Part shown: piece after piece, positions 36,501 through 49,000 of the stretch | Layout of the letters: every line of letters starts with the position of its first letter | Numbering within the stretch: the first letter of the stretch is position 1 | Source: Iphione sp. A-MEVVRFRX5 | Taxonomy: Eukaryota | NCBI GenBank assembly: GCA_976226885.1 | Contig: OZ320323.1 | Span: 23,932,001 to 23,996,000, forward strand | Length of the DNA: 64,000 nucleotides | Reading direction: 5' to 3' | Position numbers and translations under genes: made by a program | Notes under the pieces: model-generated | What the model was told of the DNA's origin: nothing | Seen by the model: the letters and a program-made list of their open reading frames with translations, nothing else | Databases searched by the model: none

Positions 36501-39500
36501 GACCCAACAATGGCTGAACGATGGGAGGTCACTCACCTTGAACAAACGTACATACCAACAGATCAGGTGGTCCAACGTGCGCACTGACCAGAAGAGGGAG
36601 GCAGGCAGGGAAGTAGGGCGGGGATGGAGAAAGGGAGGAAAGGAAGGAGGGGAAGGGAGGGAGGTAGAGCGGGAGGAAAGGGGGAGAGGGGATGGGAGAG
36701 TGAGCGTTAAGGGGTTAGATGTTGAACACAGGTTGATAAATAGTGCTTAACTTCCTATCGTCAACTGGGGAGTGCCACTCTACACAAAACTATTGACAGA
36801 ACTGGAGGCTCGCATTGACCACCTGATTTCGATGTGCAGCAGAACCTGACGAGGAGGCCAAGTTCTCATCAAGAATTCTTTTAAAGTTAATGAACGTGTT
36901 TAATCCAAGCTGGTTTCCCATTATGTGTTATAAGTGCCGACAACTCAAATACAGATGAAAATCCGAATTTTTCTATCCCGCCACCCGTGCCCCTGCATCG
37001 CGAGTAGCGACGCGGTACTGTTTATTTTCAACATAGTAAGTGCTTGGATTCTAAACGTGATGTTATAGTTGCAATATAAGGCACAATTTCTATGCATGGA
37101 CCAACATCAAAAGTTTGTACTCTGCTAATCACCCAAACCACTGAAACCGTCTCCATGTAGTGTTTTTGGCGTCTTTTTGAGGTAGACCTCTGTTGATAAG
37201 CATATTGCCCAAAAAACATACCACAAAGACGCAGAGACGACTATGAAACATAGAGCATGTCCCGTTCTGAAAACATGACACACAGACACATGGAGAACAC
37301 TTAATGCACCATGTGTGCATGGGTATACTCCTGGTACCGTCCCCTATTCTCCAAAAATCGCAGCGAAAACATGTAGACATGCTAGAGGTAGACATGGTTG
37401 CATGGAAATTCTGCCTACATTGAAATGGGGGAAAAACATATCAAATCCTTTTTGATTATAAAAATACCAATAATGTATATTCCTTCTCAAAAATACCAAA
37501 AATGTGAAGTACATAATCAAATATCTACCCATAAACAAGAGCCTTTATAATAACGGGAAGAAGACGCTGATGGGCTCGGTCATGTGACCGCTCCCACATG
37601 TGACGCTGGCCGACTGGTACCCTGTAGCCTGTGTACGCGGCTGACTGAAGCTGACGTTGAGATCATGTGATCTGACATCTTCACGCCCTTCCCCACCACT
37701 TGACGAGTGCCAGCCTCTCACCAGCTTCGCTTTGAATAATCGACATACGCTCATTACAAGCGACAAGAATAATGAGACTTCATAAAAAAAAATCCCCTCC
37801 TGAACCCTCCCANNNNNNNNNNNNNNNNNNNNNNNNNNNNNNNNNNNNNNNNNNNNNNNNNNNNNNNNNNNNNNNNNNNNNNNNNNNNNNNNNNNNNNNN
37901 NNNNNNNNNNNNNNNNNNNNNNNNNNNNNNNNNNNNNNNNNNNNNNNNNNNNNNNNNNNNNNNNNNNNNNNNNNNNNNNNNNNNNAACAAGAGAAGGGAC
38001 AGAAGAGAGAAAGTGGAGAGTGGAGAAAGAAAAAGAGGGGGAAAAGACAGAGACAGATTACGCCAGCGTTCTCCTTCAGCGCTTGTAGTAGGAATGCGCG
38101 CAGATTCGAGGCAAGCAGGGAGAGTATGTTACACTCACGGCCAGAGGTGTACAGAACAAGCCACAATGTTAAATATGTCACAGAGAGGTGGAATGGGATA
38201 ATTACCGTTTTCCAGACGCCATAAACGTGTCGTACTCCACGGACATCTTACAACATAACGAACCTCTGCAAATGAATGAAAAAAAACGATAATTTTTTTT
38301 ATCATTATCATCACAGGCTGACATAAGCGTTGCATTTCCGATAAATCATTCGCATAAATTGGGCTAATTCAAACTACTTTAAGCCCCCATTTTAAACACG
38401 GATAAATTGACAATGAAGACATTCATGCATTTTCAACTTACTGATTTGAGACTTGTAGCTAAAGTGTAAACAGGTCAACAATGAAGACATACATGCACAC
38501 ATATTCCCTACTTGTGTGCTGAATTAGACTTTTTTCAGTACATCAGTACATGTAAAATACTACTAAAGAAATGTAAAAACATATTCACTACGTGTGTGCT
38601 GATTTACACTCTTGGATCCATGTTCACTACATGAACTTGTGTGCTGATTCAGGCTCTTTTACAGGACATCAGTAAGGGGCTATTCACATGTATCAGGACA
38701 AAAACTACACACACGCAACTATGTGTGTAGGAACCCAGGGCTGTTGTTTCCTTATGATAATTGCTCCCATATGCTAACCAGATGTAATTTACTATAGATT
38801 ATGTGAACAGCCTCTTAGGAGTGTTTCACATGTATCCTTATTTGTACGTTCCACATCTGGACATGGATGCATATTTCTTTGCAACGCTGTCTAACAATTA
38901 CACTCATTCAGATGCATCCTTACTTTCCAGGATATGCGTGTGGACACTATCTCAAACCAGAAATACTGGGTTTTGTCCACGTCCGGATGATTCCTATGGT
39001 AAAGAAACATCTGGTTATATGATAGCAATTAACTAGGACCTCTGCAGCGGGATTCTCTGCAGCTGGGCACTTCGATGTATTTTTGGTATGGATACATGTG
39101 AATAGTCTCTTAGTTACTACTGAAGATGTACATATACATATCTTCCCTACTTGTGTGCTGATAGATCCAGTGTCAGTAGGTTACTGATAAAGACATACAC
39201 ATACTCCCTACTTCAGTGCTGATTTAGACTCCTGGACTTAGTCTCACTAAGTTATTAATGACGATATACGCATACATATATTCTCTAGCTGTACAGTAAT
39301 TCAAATACTCCTAGACACAGTGCCAAAAGGTCAACAACGAAGACGTACATATATTTACTCCGTGAATGCCAATTTTTTTTATAACCTTGCTAAATTGACA
39401 AAGTGCCCATTTTTGTCTGTACATGTAAGATGAAATAATGCTAGCTGTATATCAGTGCAATAAAAACAGTCGGCATTTTAAAACTATGAAGTCGTAGAAT

Positions 39501-40009
39501 ATAAATATGAATAGACATGTACGAACAAATAAAAAATGCTATATCTTTTCATGTACAGGTCGACGTCTAAAAATGCCCCAAAATTTACAAAGTGCCCATT
39601 TTTGTGTATAATTACGAGATACACGAATGCTTATTTGTTGGTAGGACACATTTAGCTTTATATCGAACTTGCTCCTTACTTTGTCAGAATGAGATGTAAA
39701 TGGAGTTCCCGGGATGTCAGTCACATACTCTACTGATCGCACCGCTCCCCCCCCCCTCCCTTCCCGCGACCAATCCAAGGATTACGCGCCTCGCGATCTG
39801 ATCTGACTGTGGAGGGCTACCTTGACTGGGTATCCACCCAGCAATGGCAAGTCCACAATATTTGAGTCAAAATCACTTATAACATAGTCACAATCCATGT
39901 AAGTAGAGATACTACCTAATATGCCACATATTTAGTTTACACTGATCTTTTCTTCTGCGGAAGATTTTTTATTGAAAAAAACAGGATGGGCATTCGTAAC
40001 TATGATGGA

Positions 40010-40064
<55 letters not shown>

Positions 40065-43000
40065 AAAAACTATACCACATCACTGTACATGGGTACATAT
40101 ATGTGTGAGTGTGTCTGTGCTCGTAAAACTATGCCGATTCTATTGGTACTGTGTGCATGTGTATATAACTATGTGTTTATATAAAACTAAAAAGCATCCT
40201 TCTACACGGCTAAGATCATTCCATGAGCATAACATTTTTTTTAAAGAGAACCAGGCGGCGGCCCCACCACTGGCCGGATGGGTGCTGAGAGCCGACTCCA
40301 TAAAACACCCGAACCTCATTAATAATTTGTGAAACGGGGGAAAAAAATAGAGGCCGCTGTACGGACTTCATTATACAGTGGTCGTAAATCGGACAAGGCT
40401 GGCTGTGCCAAAATGGAGACCATGCCGCCAGTTTTCAAGAAACTTTGACGACCTTCCTGACACGCAGTATTAAATTTGTCGTCTCTTAAGTAACCCGACG
40501 CTGTCTCAAGGAGAATTGCAGGCCGCACCCATCTTTTCCACGTTTTTGGGCCGTCTTGTTCGCTCTCTCCTTGGTAACCGAATTCTGTTCTCGACGTAAC
40601 AAGGGGAAAGCGCACACGCCACTACTACCACCAACCACTCCCCCTTTTCTGGACAAAGTGTTACCACCCCGGCGTCGCGTTAACTTTTACCGAAGAATTT
40701 CGAATGTTTTATCTGCGACCAAACCTTGCGGTCCCCTCCTCTAACCCCCCTTATCTTTGTTCTCCTCCCCTGTCTTTTTATACTCGGCCAGGTTATAAAT
40801 TAAAGAGTCCCCCGTAGCTCGCCCGGAGGGGCCCGCTGCCATGGCGACCCGCTCATGCCCGTCCTTCTCAAAAGTTCTGAAATGGCAAACATGTCCCCTC
40901 CTCGTGGAGCGAGCGGCTGACACAACGCACGTGAAAAACACCGAAAAGTGTTTGGTTGCACAGGGTTACGCGGCCACACAAACGACGCATAACACAGCCC
41001 GTCATTGTGGGGTGTTCAACGTTCCCACGATATGGGGGGTGGGGGTGGGGGTTACAAGTTTCTATAGCAACGTAACCCGATTGCTAAAGTGATTGAATAC
41101 CGGAATACACACAGCGCGTCCGTCGTGGGTAAAACACTGGGAGCAAGCCTTCCACCACTGGAAGAGAGAGTTCCAACTACATGTGCCACCAAACGAACGG
41201 CGGGCAAGGACGGGGGCTCCTCCCTGGGAGTCCTGCTGGCTTGCTTTGCCAGCAGAACTCCAGGTTAGGTTAATGTCAGGAGATCTATTCAAGGTTAGTT
41301 TAATGTCAGGAGGAGTATTCGAGTTTAGATTATTATTCTATTCTTCGATTAGGATTATCCAGGTACTTGCACTGACTAATACATGAACAAAAAGTTGTCA
41401 AATCAGTGTTCATACAGATTGCATTGGTATCATCATATAGTGCCAGTGTTCTCAATTCACAGTTTTATTGTTTAACTAAAGAAATATTTTAAAGATTTAA
41501 ATCCTTTTCCAAACTTTGTAATTGCGCAATCAATGTCAAATGATTATTATGGGCCTAAACATTATAAAAGCTCAAAGAAAGAAACACACTTCCTTTCACC
41601 TTCACACCACCTATATAGTATGGGTAAGGGTACGAGGCTTCCGAGCCACTGTCACGTCATAAGCCAACTTAAAGAATATTCCTGGTTAGCTCAATGTTAG
41701 GAGGACTATTTGAGGTTAGGTTAATACTGGCAGGACTATTCTAAGTGGACTATTTATGGTTAGGTTCATGTCAGGCGGACTATTCTAGGTTAGGTTCATG
41801 TCAGGAGGACTATTTAAGGTTAGGTTAACACTGACACTAACTATTTAAGTTAGGTTACTATACTATATACCAGATTAGGTTCCTGTCAGGAGGAATATTC
41901 AAGGTGAGGTTGATGTCAGGAGGAATAATCAAGGTTAGGTCAATATTCTACCTTTATATTCCAGGTTAGGTTAATGTCATCAGGACTATTCCAGGTCGTG
42001 TCAATGTCAGGAAAACTATACCATGCTTGATTAATATCAGGTGGACTATTTGTTTTAAGATTAGGTTCATGTCAGAGGGACTATCCAAGGTTAGGTTATG
42101 TCAGTTGGACTATTCAATCTTATGTTAACATAAGGAGTTCTATTTCAGGCTGGATTTATTTCAGGCAGACTGGTCCAGGTAAGGTTAATGCTGGGAGGAC
42201 TACTATACAAGTTAGGTTAGCATTCTGTATTCCAAGTCAGGGTCATGTCAGGAGGGCTATTCCTGGTTAGGTTAACCCATTAAGGGCTGAAACAGATATC
42301 AGATTACATCACCATAGGGCAAGGATGTATAGCAAGATATCCTCCAAAAGGGCAAGGGATATTATAAAGTGATGCTTTTTCGATGCATGTTACATAAAAT
42401 ATACAACAATGAATACGAGTTTTTGTCTTTTATTCTAAGAAAACCATATCATTATAGCTGTTAAATATCTTTCTTTTGTAGTAATAGTCATCCAAATTCT
42501 ATAAATCCTTTTAAAAATCTACCTTTATCCATGATGCATCGAGGCATCATTTGTCCTTTCTACACTGATGCCTGCAGGTATCACTATGGTAATGCCTCTA
42601 GGCGTCACTCGCCTCCACTGGGAGGATTATTTCGGGTTAGGTAAATCTTCTAAATTCCAGATTTGGTTAATATTCAAGGAAGAGCAAAAATCATCAGCGT
42701 TATTCTCCAAAAAATAATCTTTTCCCTTGCTGCAAGAAACTCATCTTTCTACTTGGAGAATGTAACTAACCCCCCATCCCAAGAATAAAATCGATAACGA
42801 CCTACAGTTAAAAAGGAAACTGATACTGAAAGTTTAGGAGAAAGATAAAATGAAGAGTTTGGCCGCCTCATCCCGAGTCTCCCTCCAAGTGACGCAATGT
42901 ATGTACATGTATCATGAAGGAGACCTTACATGATCTTACATGCCTTCGATCTGGACGGTTATTGAATAAAATGGGGTATAATTCAGTAGCCGCAGTAACC

Positions 43001-46000
43001 ATAGCGACTCCTTCCCCGATAAAAATATGCTTTTATGGGTGTGGCTCTACGACAGCTGTTTATAATTTCGTTGAAGAAAAAAACTTTCGTGCAAGGGGCC
43101 CGCCTGTTGTTTATGCAAGCTTCTGGAACTGTGCTTTGAGAACTTTCGAGTTGATTAAATCGTGTCCTGCAGACTATTCACGTCATACTTAACAATTGAC
43201 ATCTTTTAGTACACTCTTCCAGCAGATTATCATACCTTCTACTAAGGGTCGGTTTCCTTACATGCGTTGAGGTGCATTCACCTGCATTTATTGTCCGTGT
43301 GTGTAAGTATGCGTTTTACATGTGTTTTCCCTTAATGCAGCTTCATGGATGGGGGTGTCTATTGACTGCATGACACCTATGATAGATCTTTGATAGATGT
43401 ATGAAAAAACAGTGAATTTCAGGGAGAAAATGCAGAAGAACTGGTATTTCATGGAGATTGTGGCAGATTCCATAGAGAAAAGTGACGAAAATGGCGAATT
43501 TTAGGGAGAAAGTGCTGAAAAACAGCAGACTTTTGGGAAAAAGTGCGGGAAAACAGTAATGTGGGGAAGGTGTGGTAATCATGTTTTTCCATGTTTGATA
43601 ACATGATTTTATGTTATTTTCCCCTGCTTCAAAGAATGTTTATGGTATATTACTGTCCATTTTCCATCCGTGTGCATTAAATTAATGGTCAGGGACCGTT
43701 AATAGCCAACGGATGCAAAATGCACATAGATGCATTTGGCATCCCTCACTGTATATCACTGATTCAATGAAAATGCATACAAACACACACAAAACGCACA
43801 TAAATGCACACAGATACGAACACACATAAGGAAACCAAGCTTAGCAGGATGATTGTATGATGCTTAAGGCAGCACAAAGGTGCTGATAGGCATTAATTTA
43901 AAGCTGATTTTCAAAACTAATCGGCCTTCCCTGATAGGCATCCGTATACAGTATGTCCCGTCATATCCAAAAGGGTGAATACACATGTATGTATGCCTGA
44001 CACGCCCACTTAACTCACAAAGCCTAAAACCCAGATGACAAGTAAGCAGTCCTGAAAGAATCCTACATTTCTTCATAACATGCCATCTGTGTCGGCGTTT
44101 TGATGCGGTATTTCCCGATACGAGCATGCTTTAATAAAACAAAGAATAATCTGGATTCAAAGATTTACTGTAGCCCTAACCCAGAGTGGTCCACAACTCA
44201 TAAAAAAAGGCCGTGGGTGTATAGGATTCTGTCCCCTATGCACAAAAAGACCCCAGAAACCTATTCGAAATAAGAGTAGGGGGCAACCCCGGGTATTCTG
44301 GTCTCTCAATTCTCAACAATAGATGGTAGTATGCTACCCCAGGAGGATATGGAAGAGCTCTGTCGTGTGATAGAGAATATCTAGTTCCTGGTTAAAGATA
44401 CAATGAAATAAATAAATAAATAAATAAAAAAATCCCCTGCCACAACTGAGCCTGACTTTTCAGGTCGTTGTTAAACACTTGTCACACAGAACACTGACAA
44501 TATGATGGTGATATAGCTACTTCCTACAAACTTTTCAGTTTCCTCTTAAAACGAGACTTCTCACTGATGAAGAACGCTCTGAAAGGGCAGGTGCCAAACG
44601 GAAATATGTGTTTCTATAAGAATAAGTGATCTTTTGTTTTTATTTTATTAAATACAATGCTTGACTATACAGTAAACTCTACACACAAAATGTTGAATAA
44701 TTGTTTTACAATGCTCTCGCACGAGCATGCCCGACCACAAACTAGTTACCTTTCAGGTCACATAAGCTACAAAAGTACCTGTCTACATTAATACATAATA
44801 ATATCTTGGGTACCTTTTCCATTTGGTTCGGTACACATACATGCATCTTAATACGTAGCATGCATTATACACAGTACATCTTTAATCTGAAGCTTACTGA
44901 TATGTGCTGTGTAGTCTTGCATCTAATATCTAGGGAACAGGAGTTGTTTACCAGATACTGGTGCAGGACACCTACAAGAGAACCTCATGTCTGGAGACAC
45001 CCTTGGTTCCCTGTGAAAGTGTAACTGAGGGCGCAATATGTTCCAAGTGAAAGTGTCCCTCTTCACAAGACGCCTCCAGTCCTGGATGTCTTGGGTGTCC
45101 CCAGTCGAGAGGTTATACTGTAATTGTGACATAGACTACAAGGCAGATCCATTCAGGCCCAGTTTCCTTACCTACGTTGGTGTCCGTGTGTGTTAGAGTG
45201 CATTTTTGTTGCATTGAAATCATTCATGCACACAATGGTACCTGTCAACAATGCACCTCAAAAAACACCCCTATCCATGAGGCTGCTGGAGGCTCTGGGA
45301 AAGCGAAAATGCAGGTTAATACACATGGAGGCCTCACGCAGGTAAGGAAACTGGGCCTAAACTAGAGGGAAATGCCCCCCACCCCACCCCAGCTTGCAGG
45401 AGGCAGCTCAGGATAGTCCTTAGTAGGAGCACGTGACCATTACATAACCATTAACCACACCATGCAAGTTCACCCACCCTGACCATTGAATAGGCAAGTG
45501 TACAAATCAAAGAGGATGACATGTGCCTGGGGAAAACCGCAACCTGTTATTTGATGAAGACCCCTCCAGAGCACCTTATCAGTTACCCGCCTTATATAGT
45601 GAAGATCCACGGACCACTGTGAATCACTATAAGTTGGTCAGATCTAAACAGAGTGTGACAGATATATAAACATCGGGGCCTTTGCGACTCTTATGATGTC
45701 TTATTACACTTCTGACACTGTTGGTGCTTACCTTGCGTGAGTGGCGGAACAGTTGGTATTGACAGCATGCCCACCTGAAAGAAAATCACACATGTATTTA
45801 AAAAATGGCATGAACATGAAAAATAACAGTGTAAGCAACGGTGACAGTCAGTTAACATGACTTTGTACACACTTCACAGTACAGTAGCAACTCATACAGT
45901 GGTCGACTCCACTAGGAGAGCCATTCAGCATTTAAGGGCAACTTTGGCTGAACCTAATGAATTATTTTCTACTGTATGATCAACTAGGGTAGAAGGGCAA

Positions 46001-49000
46001 CTAGCACATAATCTTGAGCACAACAGTCTGGTCCCATCGGTGGTCTTAATCCTGAGTTGCTTTTGTATGGTGCTTAAATACAGGACCCAGTGCTTGTGCT
46101 GTGGTGTGCTTAAATCACTCCTCTCAGTATAGTGTAAGAAACCAGTAGTGAGTGGCAAACCACTAACATGAAAACCCCTACCCATGCTAGCTTATATAAA
46201 TATACACGTTATAAATTTTGACCTACACCAATACTGTCAGACCTATTTACTTTGAACATGTTCAATTCGAAGATTTTGTCTGAAGCAGAGGTATATGTCT
46301 GTTAATGAGATGGATGGGTTCTTTGATATCACTTCATTGTGTAGCTATTTGTCCATAGTTTTTTCTACTGTTCTTAGTTAATTTTTGTAAAAACAGGTAG
46401 GTAAAAGTGGCCTTAGGCCACAACATTTGAACAGATAATCAACTTCGTTATAAAGGACCTTCGTTCTCCCAGTCTTCGTTAACAGAGGTATACCTGTACT
46501 GAATTATCTGAAGTATGATCAAGTTATTGTCACCTCGTTATGTTTGATGTATAGAGAAATTCAACGTTTGGAGTCGCTACTGCGAACTCCTTTGTCAAAA
46601 ATGAAATAAAAGAAAAGGAACAACACAGAAATATAACTTTACAAAAACAAATTAGTAATTAATCATAATTTTAAAAAAATCATGAAAATTGCTACTGGAC
46701 GTCGAAGTAACTTCACAGAACATATCTGATTTGCAAACAGAGATATACGTGTATACTGGCATCTGTTGCTGGGTATGCACAACTTGATGTAAAGTCATAA
46801 TCTAATTATGGTAGTAATAACTGCCATGGGATGGGTTGTAATTATATGCATTAAACTGTTTCACTTGGTGGGTAAAAGTGAAGTCTAATTAGCCAACATA
46901 ATATGCAAGTCATGCACCATTATAATAACATCTGTCATCGGCTGGATTGTCATTTTATATCAAACCTGCCATTATATGGATCTGCTTGGTGGGTACGGCG
47001 GAATGTCTTCATACGGATGCCTTCTAATTAGGACATCATTATAGGTAATCCATGTTTAAATACTCCTATTCTAGACAATCCCTCAGTATGGTCAGATTCT
47101 GTTCAGTCCCTTTGCTGTCCGTATAAGAGAGATTCGAGTCTATATACAAGTCATATCTCATTATAATAACAATGAATGCCACGGGTTGTAATATAATTAT
47201 TACATTTTAAAGCTGCCATTATATCAATTGGTCTGTTGAGTACATATAAAGACTGAACAATACATGGAAGTCTGCTAATTATAAGAAGTAGATCGGAACG
47301 ATCTCTGGTCCGCCAATATATGCAATATAGAGATAGGGGCTAGTACATTTAGAGGTTGTTCCAATATCATACACTGTTTGAGGACTTCTTGGACATTATT
47401 TTACAAACCCTTGAACATATTTGCATCATTTATATTTTGTAAGAAGCCTTCCATCATGAGACTGATTTCTACACAGAAAAGAGTATAGAGGGACAGACAT
47501 GTAAACCCATCATCAGTTAACTACAGCAGAAACTGAGAAAGCTTCCAATGCAACCACTAGAGCGACCAGCCAATTCTGCCCTTAATAGAGGGTCATCCTG
47601 ATTTGACATTTGGTTGTTTGATTTTGTACCTAAATTATCAAGCGGCTGGATGAACCAGAGGTAAAGTTACCTGGCGAAAATATCTAGACACATAGTAGGA
47701 TATACCGGCAGATTGGGATGAAAGGTTCTAACCAAGGTAAAAACCTCTGCCAAGGGTTGGACTGTCATGTAATGAAGTACATGCAGATGTGTTCTATGAA
47801 ATTAATTCGCTATGGGAAACTTTTGGAAGTGTGTATTCCTTCTTCTAAAATTCGATTAAGAAAAAGAGTTGGCGAAAATGGCTCAGGCCACGAATTCTCT
47901 AGACAGAGCCAACTTAGTTGCAAAGAGGCTTTGTTCTCAGAGGCTTCATTAACAGAGGCATACCTGTGAATCAAATCATCTCATCATATCAACTCTTACG
48001 GTACAAACGATTCTTTTACTTTATAATACAGATGATTTATATATTATGCACAATGCACACACATGTAGACATCTACATGCATGGAGAGGTTAATTTGACA
48101 TCTCAGATACTTGCACACGTATGGATATACTCCTACTACAAGACATAAATAGCACCAAGTAGGATAAATGCGGGCTGTAACTCCAGGCGTGCTGGTCATG
48201 ATGACACTAAACTGGGGTAATTTCTGAAGAATACACGTATTTTCCTCCGCTGATAAATACGGTATTTTCCACCGTGTCATGCTCCAAGCCGCTCATACTT
48301 GCATGATCGAAACCCTCCCCACCTCCACGACATCCCCCCCCCATCCCCTTTTGATCTCCTTCAGTCTGCGCCACTCCTTTTAACTGCCTCCGCGCTTGTT
48401 TTCAGACATATTGTACATCAGTGGGTGATGTTTCTGGAGTGGAAATGTCTCCGTGGCGCATGAGATGATATCAGGGCGGGTGTGCGCGGCACGGCACACA
48501 AACACAACGTATCACACACACACTGACAATAGGCGACGGTCGCTTACTCACTCACACGCTCGTTCACCAGACAGAGGCAGACNNNNNNNNNNNNNNNNNN
48601 NNNNNNNNNNNNNNNNNNNNNNNNNNNNNNNNNNNNNNNNNNNNNNNNNNNNNNNNNNNNNNNNNNNNNNNNNNNNNNNNNNNNNNNNNNNNNNNNNNNN
48701 NNNNNNNNNNNNNNNNNNNNNNNCACTCATATAGAGCAGCAAATACAAACACACACATACACTGAATACACGTATACACATACGCACGCATAGTTCACTG
48801 CACTGGAAACCCCAGCTACGGTCTCAGTATGATGAAGGGAGGACAATCTTCGAAACTGAGATGGTTTACACACACTAGACTGCACCAAATTTCAATTTTA
48901 AGTTATTACAGGCCTATTGGTAAAACGATCTGCATGTTGTTATCGCTATCCACTCATGTTGCTTCCACTTAGTGAGGATCACCGGCAGTGCATCGTTTAT

